A DNA stretch of 64,000 bases from Boseongicola sp. Its GTDB lineage: Bacteria > Pseudomonadota > Alphaproteobacteria > Rhodobacterales > Rhodobacteraceae. The stretch covers positions 1,593,070 through 1,657,069 of the forward strand of contig OZ253954.1 in NCBI GenBank assembly GCA_965267405.1, in the 5' to 3' direction. This document shows positions 56,025 to 64,000 of the stretch, piece by piece. The first letter of the stretch is position 1, and each line of letters starts with the position of its first letter. The notes under the pieces are model-generated. The model did not search any database. It had not been told where the DNA came from and saw only the letters and a list, made by a program, of their open reading frames with translations. The position numbers and the translations under genes are program-made.

Positions 56025-58076
56025 ATGGACGGAGACTTTCCGACCGCAAATTCCGTATTGAAAGATGTCTTCGGCTTTGACGGGTTCCGCCCGATGCAAG
56101 CCGACATCGTGTCGTCTGTTGTCGAAGGTCGTGACACACTCGCAATCCTGCCAACGGGGGGTGGCAAGTCGCTGTGTTTTCAGCTTCCCGCGCTACTTCG
56201 CCCTGGTCTGACGGTGGTGATTTCCCCGTTAATTGCATTGATGCGCGATCAGGTTCGTGCATTGCGCGAAGCTGGCGTAGCCGCCGCTGCTCTGAATTCC
56301 GGCAACACGGAAGAAGAAACCACCGCTGTCTTTGATGCCCTGCGCGCCGGAACGCTGAAACTCCTTTACATGGCTCCCGAACGTCTTGCCTCTGGTGGCA
56401 CAGATCGGATGCTTGCCGAGGCCGGGGTCACGCTTTTGGCCGTAGACGAAGCGCACTGTGTCAGCCAATGGGGTCATGATTTCAGACCAGATTATCTGCG
56501 CATCGGGGCGCTGCGCGACGCGCTGGATGTCCCGCTTGCGGCATTCACAGCAACAGCCGATGAAGAGACTCGTGCCGAGATTGTGTCGCGCCTCTTCGGC
56601 GACACCAATCCGCGGGTATTTCTTGGCGGCTTTGACAGACCAAACATTCATCTGGCCTTTGCTGCAAAGAACAAGCCACGTGAACAGATTCTGAATTTTG
56701 CCGCGGCGCGCAAAGGACAATCTGGCATTGTCTACTGCGGAACACGCGCCAAGACCGAGACCCTAGCAGAGGCGCTGACTGATGCCGGGCACCGGTCCCT
56801 CGCATATCACGGCGGGATGGAACCCGATGTGCGCCGCGAAGTGGAACGTGCTTTTCAGGTCGAAGATGGCTTGATTGTCGTTGCCACGGTCGCGTTTGGT
56901 ATGGGCATCGACAAACCGGACATTCGATGGGTCGCCCATGCCGATCTGCCCAAGTCGATCGAGGCCTATTATCAGGAAATCGGGCGGGCTGGCCGTGATG
57001 GCGCACCTGCTGAAACGCTTACGCTGTTTGGCGCGGACGATATTCGGTATCGCCGGATGCAAATCGACGAAGGGCTTGCTCCGCCAGAACGCCGGATGGC
57101 CGATCACGGGCGTCTAAACGCGCTATTGGGATTGGCTGAGGCCCAAGTTTGCCGGCGCCAATCGTTGCTGTCGTACTTTGGCGAGAACCGCGAACCGTGC
57201 GGAGCCTGCGACCTATGTGACAAGCCGCCGGAAACATTTGACGCAACCGAGCCCGTCCAAAAAGCGCTGTCCGCAATTTTGCGTACCGGAGAAAGCTACG
57301 GCGCTGGCCATCTCACCGACGTTCTTTGCGGCACCGTCACGGACAAGGTGCGGATGCGTGGACATGACGAGCTGCCGACATTCGGCGTTGGTCAGGACAT
57401 CGATCGCAAACAATGGAGCGCCATTTTCCGCCAGATGATGGGGCATGATCTGATCCGACCCGATCCCGAGCGTCACGGAGGATTGCGCATCACCCACGCA
57501 GCTCTTCCGATCCTGAAAGGTGAAGACAAGGTGACGTTTCGGTCGGATACGATTGAGCAGACGCCTCGTCGTCCCAAGGTGCGTACCTTAGTCTCGGACG
57601 AAGATGCGCCGTTGTTGTCGGCGTTGAAAGCCAAACGTCGTGCCTTGGCTGAAGCGGCACGCGTTCCGGCCTACGTGATCTTCAACGATAAGACACTTAT
57701 CGAGATCGCAGAAACCCGCCCAAAGACATTGGATGATATGGCGAATATTTCGGGCATCGGTGCCAAGAAATTGGAACGGTATGGCCAGTCTTTCCTGGAT
57801 GTCGTCATGGGTGAGGCTCCGCCGAAACCGCACCCCGCGCGGCGAAAACTTGCAGGTAAACCAAGCGGAGACATTTACGACCAGCTTCTATCTGTTCAAG
57901 CCGAGCTGTCGCGCGGTCGCGATGGAACCGGCAAACCAATGAGTTGTTCGGCCAGCTTGCTGGCGAAGATCGCGGCGCTTGGTCCTGACCGCATCGATCA
58001 GATTCATCGTCTTCTTGGCGATCGCCTGGCGGACCGGTTCGGGGACGCGTTTGCGAAAGTACTTGCCTCTGCCTGA
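56025..58076 (+). CDS. recQ: ATP-dependent DNA helicase RecQ
   Basis: FGF..FR..Q, PTGGGKSLC(F)Q.PAL, DEAHC.SQWGHDFRP, the RecQ-Ct zinc cluster (C..C..CDLC) and an HRDC domain at the C-terminus. Confidence 0.96.
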   Translation: MDGDFPTANSVLKDVFGFDGFRPMQADIVSSVVEGRDTLAILPTGGGKSLCFQLPALLRPGLTVVISPLIALMRDQVRALREAGVAAAALNSGNTEEETTAVFDALRAGTLKLLYMAPERLASGGTDRMLAEAGVTLLAVDEAHCVSQWGHDFRPDYLRIGALRDALDVPLAAFTATADEETRAEIVSRLFGDTNPRVFLGGFDRPNIHLAFAAKNKPREQILNFAAARKGQSGIVYCGTRAKTETLAEALTDAGHRSLAYHGGMEPDVRREVERAFQVEDGLIVVATVAFGMGIDKPDIRWVAHADLPKSIEAYYQEIGRAGRDGAPAETLTLFGADDIRYRRMQIDEGLAPPERRMADHGRLNALLGLAEAQVCRRQSLLSYFGENREPCGACDLCDKPPETFDATEPVQKALSAILRTGESYGAGHLTDVLCGTVTDKVRMRGHDELPTFGVGQDIDRKQWSAIFRQMMGHDLIRPDPERHGGLRITHAALPILKGEDKVTFRSDTIEQTPRRPKVRTLVSDEDAPLLSALKAKRRALAEAARVPAYVIFNDKTLIEIAETRPKTLDDMANISGIGAKKLERYGQSFLDVVMGEAPPKPHPARRKLAGKPSGDIYDQLLSVQAELSRGRDGTGKPMSCSASLLAKIAALGPDRIDQIHRLLGDRLADRFGDAFAKVLASA

Positions 58077-58120
58077 AAGGGCTTCATCTTTCAATCAACA
58101 CGCATCGCGAAGGCTGCCAC

Positions 58121-58903
58121 ATGCTCACTGTCATTTCACCCGCCAAACGTCTCGACTGGTCGGAGCGCACGGATCAGATGACAGATCCAGCGTTCCCGAA
58201 CGAGGCCAACCGCCTTGCAAGCCATGCCCGGCAACTCACCTTGGCCAAACTCAAATCTTTGATGGATTTGTCAGACGATCTCGCGCGGCTCAATCGCGAT
58301 CGGTTCAAGGCATTTGACACCGACCCTGCAATAGAAGCCACCCGGCCAGCGATGTATGCCTTCGCAGGCGACACATACATTGGGCTGGATGCCGCTTCGA
58401 TGGATGCTGACACGGTTGCCCGTGCGCAATCTCATTTGCGTATTTTGTCGGGGCTCTACGGCAGCCTTCGACCTCTTGACGCCATTCAACCCTACCGTCT
58501 TGAAATGGGTAGCCGTCTCAAAACCAGGCGCGGAAAAAACCTCTATGACTTTTGGGGCAAAGATATCGCAAAGTCACTGAATGCAGATGCAAAGGCGGTT
58601 GGCGCGGACATCTTGGTCAATTGCGCAAGCCAAGAGTACTTCGGTGCAGTCGATCTGAAAGCGCTGGAGCTAAAGGTCATCACACCCCAGTTCTATGAAA
58701 TCAAAAATGGCTCGCCCAAGATAGTTAGTTTCTTCGCGAAAAAGGCGCGGGGAGCCATGGCTCGCTTCATTCTGGAGCGTCGTGTGACGTCGGTGGACGG
58801 ACTGAAAGACTTCGATCTTGGGGGTTATCAGTTTCGCGCAACAGATAGCACTGATACGGTGCTTGTTTTTCACAGGCCCGAAGCCGCGAGTGCCGCAGCC
58901 TGA
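58121..58903 (+). CDS. yaaA: peroxide stress protein YaaA (UPF0246/DUF328)
   Basis: ML.VISPAK.LD, A...FAGD.Y.GLDA, LRILSGLYG.LRPLD.I.PYRLEM and LVN.AS.EY. Confidence 0.9.
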   Translation: MLTVISPAKRLDWSERTDQMTDPAFPNEANRLASHARQLTLAKLKSLMDLSDDLARLNRDRFKAFDTDPAIEATRPAMYAFAGDTYIGLDAASMDADTVARAQSHLRILSGLYGSLRPLDAIQPYRLEMGSRLKTRRGKNLYDFWGKDIAKSLNADAKAVGADILVNCASQEYFGAVDLKALELKVITPQFYEIKNGSPKIVSFFAKKARGAMARFILERRVTSVDGLKDFDLGGYQFRATDSTDTVLVFHRPEAASAAA

Positions 58904-61231
58904 TTAACCGGCTTCTTTCCTTCGGTCATCTTGCGTCGAACTGAAATCTGGTTCGTCGTCAGTGATCGGAAGGGCGGGTGCCGCGTCCAGTGGTTGGGCC
59001 AACAGAATGTGATCTATCAAAGCCTGTTTCTTCAGAGGTTTTGTCAGATAGAAATCTATTCCGGCCTCCAGAATTTCTTCGGCGTCACCATCCATGGCAT
59101 GTGCGGTCATGGCGACGATCGGGCAGGGGTTAGTCGTGCCTTCCAACTCAAACGCGCGGATGCGTCTTGCGGCTTCCTTGCCGTCCATCAGTGGCATGGA
59201 AATATCGGTGAAGAAGATGTCCGGTCGCCGGGTCGTGAACGCCTCAACCGCCTCGGCGCCGTTTGTCACGAACTCAAGCTCGATATCGAGGTCTTTCAGC
59301 ATCTTTTCAAAGACAAACCGGTTGGTCTTGTTGTCTTCCGCCGCCAATACCCGTACGCGCCGCCGATCATCGGCCGTTGCTGATGTTGGGTCCTCAGCGA
59401 CCACGGCACTGACACTCACGGTTGGCGTTTCGTTGGCGCCTATAGTTGTCCCCGGCAGAGAACGCCCCACGGTGTCGGAACGGTCGATCACTGGCTGGGC
59501 TTCAGAGTTCAGGAAGATCGCGTCCAACAGGGCCTCGCGCGAAACAGTCCGACTGAGAACCCGATCAAATTCAACGCGGTTTTGGGTTAAGTGAGTGGGC
59601 CCGTCCGCCAAAATTAGAAGACGCCCGGGGCGGAAACCTTCGGCAAGCTCGGGGCGCGATCCCAACCAATCTGCGGCGGCTCCATTCAAGAATACCAGAT
59701 CGAACAAGCCCGGGCTTTCGGTCAGGATGGGTTCGAGTTCATCGGCCCCCTTAGCGCGCAACCCCATGAGTGACAGCTGCTTGACCAACAGGTCACGGCC
59801 AACGCCGGGTCGATCCACGACAAAAGCCCGGTCCAGGTTCTTGGGAAACGAGAAAGTGTCGATGGTTTCATCGCTCAAAGCCTTCAAGGGAATCCCAAAA
59901 CCAAAGGATGAGCCGCCTCCGAGGGTCGAGTCGACCCACACATCACCTTTCATGCCCTTTACAAGCTTTCGCGTAATCGCAAGCCCCAGCCCGGTTCCGT
60001 CGTGGGTTCGGTTCCGATCATTTTCAACCTGCTCAAACTCGCGGAAAACGTGGCCAAGTTTGTCTTTTGAAATACCGATCCCCGTGTCCTCGACCGTGAT
60101 CTGGACAACATAGTCTTCGGCAGTTTCCTCGGGCAGGCCGACGATACGGACAAGGATATGTCCTGCTTCGGTGAACTTGATGGCATTGCCAACAAGGTTG
60201 GTCAGAACCTGTCGAATACGTCCTGCATCGCCTTCAAATCGCGTTGGCAGGAACAGGTCGTAGTCGATGGCCAGCTCTAAGCCCTTCTCGGCGGCACCGG
60301 GGCGCAAAAGCGTCACGACATCGTGCACGCACCGTTCCAGATCAAAAGGAGAGGCAACGAAATTCAACTTGTCGGCTTCGATCTTCGAATAATCCAGAAC
60401 ATCGTTGATGATGGACAAAAGCGCTTGGCCAGACGAGCGGATCGTCTCGACATAAGACAACTGCTCCGGGCTTAATGGCGTTTCGGCCAGGATGTCGGCC
60501 ATCGCCACAACCCCGTTCATCGGTGTTCTGATCTCGTGGCTCATGTTTGCCAGAAACGCTGATTTCGCGCGACTGGCTGTTTCAGCTCTTTCGCGCGCGT
60601 CGCTTAGCTGCCCCTCACGGTTTTTCTGTTCCGTGATGTTCAGCGCGAGTGTCACCAGATCCCCATCACGGGTGCGACGATCGATGAACTGAATGTACTG
60701 TCCATTCCACAGCTTCAGTGTTGCGTGTTCGATGCGGGTTTGAGCGATGCGGCGCATCATCTTGTGTTGCCAGACCGGGCTTTTGACGCCGCCGGTGTCC
60801 ACGATGCCTTCTTCTGCCAGCAGTTCGATCAAATGCGCCATGTCGATCCCGGGCTTCACGGAATCAAGGCCTTCAAAGATCGACAAATAGGCCCTGTTGG
60901 CGGCAATTAGCACGTTGTCGGGCCCAAAAACAGCAAACCCGTCACGAATGGTTTCAAGCGAGTCCCACAACCGGCGCTCGGCAATTATCGTGGCGCTTTC
61001 AGCGCGTTCGAGATCCTCTCGCACATGAGTGACTTCGGATTTGAGCGTTTCTGCTTCATCGCGGACACGACCAACTTCCCGTCGCTTCGCCACGATCTCT
61101 GTCGATAGCTGGCGCGTCTGTGCTGTGAGCTGTCGGTTCGCGTCACCCAGTTCTTGTTTCAGCTGCTCAAGGGCTTGCTCGGCGGCGGCGCGCGCGCGCC
61201 GCTCGGCGTCAAGCTCGGTGGCTAAATCCAT
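58904..61231 (-). CDS. soluble hybrid sensor histidine kinase (coiled coil-PAS-HisKA-HATPase-degenerate REC-REC)
   Basis: H-box FLANMSHEIRTPMNG, N box LTNLVGNAIKFT, G boxes DTGIGI and GTGLGLAI, and a C-terminal receiver (VLAAEDNKTNR...FTDISMPLMDG...TAHA...YLTKP). There is no TM segment. The internal receiver-like segment has DLVFLN in place of the phospho-Asp motif. Confidence 0.9.
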   Translation of the reverse strand: MDLATELDAERRARAAAEQALEQLKQELGDANRQLTAQTRQLSTEIVAKRREVGRVRDEAETLKSEVTHVREDLERAESATIIAERRLWDSLETIRDGFAVFGPDNVLIAANRAYLSIFEGLDSVKPGIDMAHLIELLAEEGIVDTGGVKSPVWQHKMMRRIAQTRIEHATLKLWNGQYIQFIDRRTRDGDLVTLALNITEQKNREGQLSDARERAETASRAKSAFLANMSHEIRTPMNGVVAMADILAETPLSPEQLSYVETIRSSGQALLSIINDVLDYSKIEADKLNFVASPFDLERCVHDVVTLLRPGAAEKGLELAIDYDLFLPTRFEGDAGRIRQVLTNLVGNAIKFTEAGHILVRIVGLPEETAEDYVVQITVEDTGIGISKDKLGHVFREFEQVENDRNRTHDGTGLGLAITRKLVKGMKGDVWVDSTLGGGSSFGFGIPLKALSDETIDTFSFPKNLDRAFVVDRPGVGRDLLVKQLSLMGLRAKGADELEPILTESPGLFDLVFLNGAAADWLGSRPELAEGFRPGRLLILADGPTHLTQNRVEFDRVLSRTVSREALLDAIFLNSEAQPVIDRSDTVGRSLPGTTIGANETPTVSVSAVVAEDPTSATADDRRRVRVLAAEDNKTNRFVFEKMLKDLDIELEFVTNGAEAVEAFTTRRPDIFFTDISMPLMDGKEAARRIRAFELEGTTNPCPIVAMTAHAMDGDAEEILEAGIDFYLTKPLKKQALIDHILLAQPLDAAPALPITDDEPDFSSTQDDRRKEAG

Positions 61232-61313
61232 TGGCCCATCTCCGTCAGAGACCCAAACGTTTGAGTGCTCTGACGCTGTTATCGCCGGGCCGGGTAAATA
61301 GCCGATTAACTAA

Positions 61314-62489
61314 TCAGGGTCGTTCGATCGCCAATGCGATGCCTTGGCCGCCGCCGATGCACATGGTGATCAAGGCGCGCTTGCCACCGATGCGTTCAAG
61401 TTCGTAAAGCGCCTTGACCGTGATAATGGCGCCGGTCGCTCCCACTGGGTGGCCCAGAGCGATTGCTCCCCCGTTTGGGTTCACCTTCTCAGGATCAAGA
61501 CCCAGCTCTTTTGAAACCGCCAAGGCCTGGGCTGCAAACGCTTCGTTTGACTCAATGACATCGAAGTCGTCAGCCTTCAGTCCGGTACGCTCAAATAACG
61601 CTTGTACAGCCGGTACTGGCCCAATTCCCATGACTTCGGGGCGCACACCAGCATGGGCATAGCCGACCACGATTGCTCGGGGCTCTAAACCAGCAACTTC
61701 GGCTGCATCCGATCGCGCAAGAACCAGTGCCGCCGCGCCATCGTTGATGCCGCTGGCATTGCCTGCTGTGACCGTTCCGTCCTTCTGGAAAACAGCACGT
61801 AATCCAGCCAGAGCTTCGGCTGTCGTTTCCTTGGGGTGTTCGTCTGTGTCGAATGAAACGGTGTCGCGTCGAACCTTGACGTTCACGGGTATAATCTGGT
61901 CGTTGAACCGACCTTCAGCGATCGCGCGTGCTGCACGTGTCTGGCTCTCCAACGCAAAGGCGTCCTGAGCCTCACGGCTGATGTCGTGTTCGGCTGCAAC
62001 GTTTTCTGCGGTCACGCCCATGTGGCCCGTGCCAAATGGGCAATTTAATGCTCCAAGCATCATGTCTTGCATGCCGGCGTCACCCATCTTTTGACCCCAG
62101 CGAGCGGCTGGCATCACATAAGGCGAACGGCTCATGCTTTCGGCGCCACCGGCCAAAGCGAACTTGGCATCGCCAAGTGACAGCGACTGAACGGCGGAAA
62201 CGATTGCTTGAACTCCGGACCCGCACAAGCGGTTCACATTCATGGCAGGCGTCGTGTCCGGCACGCCGGCTTCCATTGCAGCGGCGCGGCTCAGATACAT
62301 GTCGCGCGGTTCGGTGTTGATGACATGCCCGAATGTGACGGTACCAATCTGATCAGGCGCTACGCCAGCACGATCTATCGCTGCCCGGCTTACTTCGGCT
62401 CCCAGCGCAATTGGGGCTGTTCCGGCCAATGCTCCACCAAACGTACCAATGGCCGTGCGGGCTCCTGAAAGTATGACGACATCTGACAT
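61314..62489 (-). CDS. acetyl-CoA C-acetyltransferase (thiolase II)
   Basis: VNRLCGSG active-site Cys, NASGINDGAA, the GHP(V)GATG-type block (LGHPVGATGA) and C-terminal CIGGGQG. Confidence 0.94.
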   Translation of the reverse strand: MSDVVILSGARTAIGTFGGALAGTAPIALGAEVSRAAIDRAGVAPDQIGTVTFGHVINTEPRDMYLSRAAAMEAGVPDTTPAMNVNRLCGSGVQAIVSAVQSLSLGDAKFALAGGAESMSRSPYVMPAARWGQKMGDAGMQDMMLGALNCPFGTGHMGVTAENVAAEHDISREAQDAFALESQTRAARAIAEGRFNDQIIPVNVKVRRDTVSFDTDEHPKETTAEALAGLRAVFQKDGTVTAGNASGINDGAAALVLARSDAAEVAGLEPRAIVVGYAHAGVRPEVMGIGPVPAVQALFERTGLKADDFDVIESNEAFAAQALAVSKELGLDPEKVNPNGGAIALGHPVGATGAIITVKALYELERIGGKRALITMCIGGGQGIALAIERP

Positions 62490-62647
62490 GGCAATTCACC
62501 CCTTGATTGACTTTGGCAGTATATCGCCCGATCCGCATCGCAATGAAACTGTGACCTCGCGCTAACACGCCGTAACGCTACGTTCCTCGCGGTGTTGACG
62601 GCGCTATATCAGCGCGCAACAAAGCCTCAGTCTGTGGAGATATGCCA

Positions 62648-62728
62648 ATGGGTGACCTGATTTTCTGGATTGTGGTGCTGATTGCACTCTTTTTCGGTTT
62701 CCGCTGGCTGCAAAACCGAAAGAAATAG
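62648..62728 (+). CDS. candidate 26-aa single-TM mini-protein (28 aa if started at 62642)
   Basis: Not in the ORF track because it is under 60 aa. GGAG at 62636..62639 lies 8 nt before ATG 62648. It reads MGDLIFWIVVLIALFFGFRWLQNRKK then TAG: a hydrophobic helix with a basic tail, 77 nt upstream of typA. Confidence 0.3.
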   Translation: MGDLIFWIVVLIALFFGFRWLQNRKK

Positions 62729-62805
62729 CACCGTTCGGTGAATTCGGGTGGACCGCAGGGCAGCAACCGTTTAAGCGCGGCGCGAACTCCCAAGGACACT
62801 GACCA

Positions 62806-64000
62806 ATGGACCTTCGCAATATCGCGATTATCGCGCACGTCGATCACGGCAAAACGACGCTTGTCGATGCGCTTCTGGCTCAATCCGGCACCTTCCGCGA
62901 AGGGCAGGCAGTGACCGAGCGCGCGCTCGACAGCAATGATCTCGAACGTGAACGCGGCATCACCATTCTGGCCAAGGCAACGTCGGTCGAATGGCATGGC
63001 ACACGTATCAATATCGTCGACACGCCGGGCCACGCTGACTTCGGTGGTGAAGTTGAACGCATCTTGTCGATGGTTGACGGTGTGGTTCTCCTTGTCGATG
63101 CCGCCGAAGGCCCAATGCCACAGACGAAATTCGTGACGTCCAAGGCGCTTGCTCTTGGTCTGCGTCCCATTGTTGTGCTGAACAAGGTCGACAAGCCGGA
63201 TGCAGAACCAGACCGGGCGCTGGATGAAGTGTTCGATCTCTTCGCGGCACTTGATGCCAATGAAGACCAACTGGACTTCCCCCATCTTTACGCATCTGGC
63301 CGTTCCGGCTGGTGCGACGCCGATCTTGATGGTCCACGCAAAGATCTTTCGGCGCTATTCAATTTGATCGTCAATCATGTGCCCGCCCCACGCCAACAAG
63401 CACGTGATGGCGAAGACTTCCAAATGCTAGCGACAACCCTGGGTTCGGATCCGTATCTGGGCCGTATCCTGACCGGGCGCGTCGAAAGCGGGCGCCTTAA
63501 GGTTGGCGCGACGGTTCAGGCACTTTCGCGCATTGGCGAAAAGATTGAACAGTTTCGTGTCACCAAGATCTTGGCATTCCGGGGATTGGCACAACAGCCA
63601 ATCGATGAGGCCGTAGCTGGAGACATCGTCAGCCTTGCCGGCATGTCCAAGGCGACTGTGTCGGATACCATCGGTGCGCTGGCCATCGAAGAGCCTTTGC
63701 CAGCCCAACCCATCGATCCGCCAACCATCAGTGTTACATTCGGGATCAATGACAGCCCGCTCGCGGGTCGCGACGGAAAGAAAGTGCAAAGCCGGGTCAT
63801 CCGCGATCGTCTGATGAAAGAGGCTGAATCCAACGTCGCCATTCGTATCAGCGACACACCGGGCGGCGAAGCATTTGAGGTTGCGGGCCGCGGCGAACTC
63901 CAGATGGGTGTTCTGATTGAAAACATGCGCCGCGAAGGGTTTGAACTCAGCATCTCCCGGCCCCAGGTTCTCACCCGTGAGATCGACGGTGTGCGTCATG
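62806..64000 (+). CDS. typA: translational GTPase TypA/BipA (3'-truncated by the window edge)
   Basis: Not in the ORF track because there is no stop codon in the window. [42 protein letters not shown], then domain II/III blocks (GRI..GR...G.......) are collinear with BipA. Confidence 0.94.
   Translation, partial: MDLRNIAIIAHVDHGKTTLVDALLAQSGTFREGQAVTERALDSNDLERERGITILAKATSVEWHGTRINIVDTPGHADFGGEVERILSMVDGVVLLVDAAEGPMPQTKFVTSKALALGLRPIVVLNKVDKPDAEPDRALDEVFDLFAALDANEDQLDFPHLYASGRSGWCDADLDGPRKDLSALFNLIVNHVPAPRQQARDGEDFQMLATTLGSDPYLGRILTGRVESGRLKVGATVQALSRIGEKIEQFRVTKILAFRGLAQQPIDEAVAGDIVSLAGMSKATVSDTIGALAIEEPLPAQPIDPPTISVTFGINDSPLAGRDGKKVQSRVIRDRLMKEAESNVAIRISDTPGGEAFEVAGRGELQMGVLIENMRREGFELSISRPQVLTREIDGVRH

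Noticed and set aside
62578-63999. 235-aa and 190-aa minus-strand ORFs (62578..63285, 63427..63999)
   Set aside because: Both are antisense to the unmistakable typA/bipA frame. typA is missing from the ORF track only because it has no stop codon in the window. They are shadow ORFs.
1-64000. Scan for CRISPR arrays, tandem repeats, tRNA/rRNA genes, IS elements, integrases, and toxin-antitoxin or defence-system gene clusters
   Set aside because: By eye I found no regularly spaced direct repeats, no T-loop/acceptor signatures, and no transposase, integrase or phage-like translations in any ORF. Essentially every gene larger than 300 bp has a housekeeping or conserved-hypothetical assignment. A mobile or defence island is therefore not supported in this window.

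Overview
This 64-kb segment reads as core chromosome of a marine alphaproteobacterium. It looks Rhodobacterales/roseobacter-like: a dddP-type DMSP lyase, a Hint-domain protein fragment, a MarR plus OmpR-type pair resembling petP/petR, and def-def-fmt. By eye the GC content is moderately high.

I support about 70 protein-coding genes. They are tightly packed on both strands, and many have 1-4 nt stop/start overlaps. Most are housekeeping: pyrF, clpB, smpB, dapA, slt, dinB, def/def-like/fmt, rnhA, ispH, rpoZ-spoT, mtgA, queG, ilvE, xseB-ispA-dxs, amn, HU, ccdA, aroC, thiBPQ, arfB, yhhQ, mepA, recQ, yaaA, a thiolase, and a 3'-truncated typA.

I found no rRNA, tRNA, CRISPR array, transposase, integrase or phage genes, and no obvious multi-gene defence island.

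RNA-level elements:
- a clear TPP riboswitch ahead of thiB;
- a candidate preQ1-I riboswitch ahead of yhhQ;
- a sigma-32-like promoter ahead of clpB;
- several intrinsic terminators.

The most novel-looking signals are small rather than operon-sized:
1. An unassigned, highly structured ~260-nt RNA region between yhhQ and the ribosome-rescue gene arfB. It has an SD/anti-SD hairpin, an 18-codon uORF, a duplicated anti-SD-like box, and a terminator-like hairpin 11 nt before the SD-less arfB start.
2. A second def paralog that has lost the catalytic Cys and Glu.
3. An AT-rich 340-bp divergent region between a NYN-domain gene and rpoZ, containing a perfect palindrome.
4. A 26-28 codon hydrophobic mini-ORF upstream of typA.

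All functional calls rest on recognising motifs in the translations. No database search was run.
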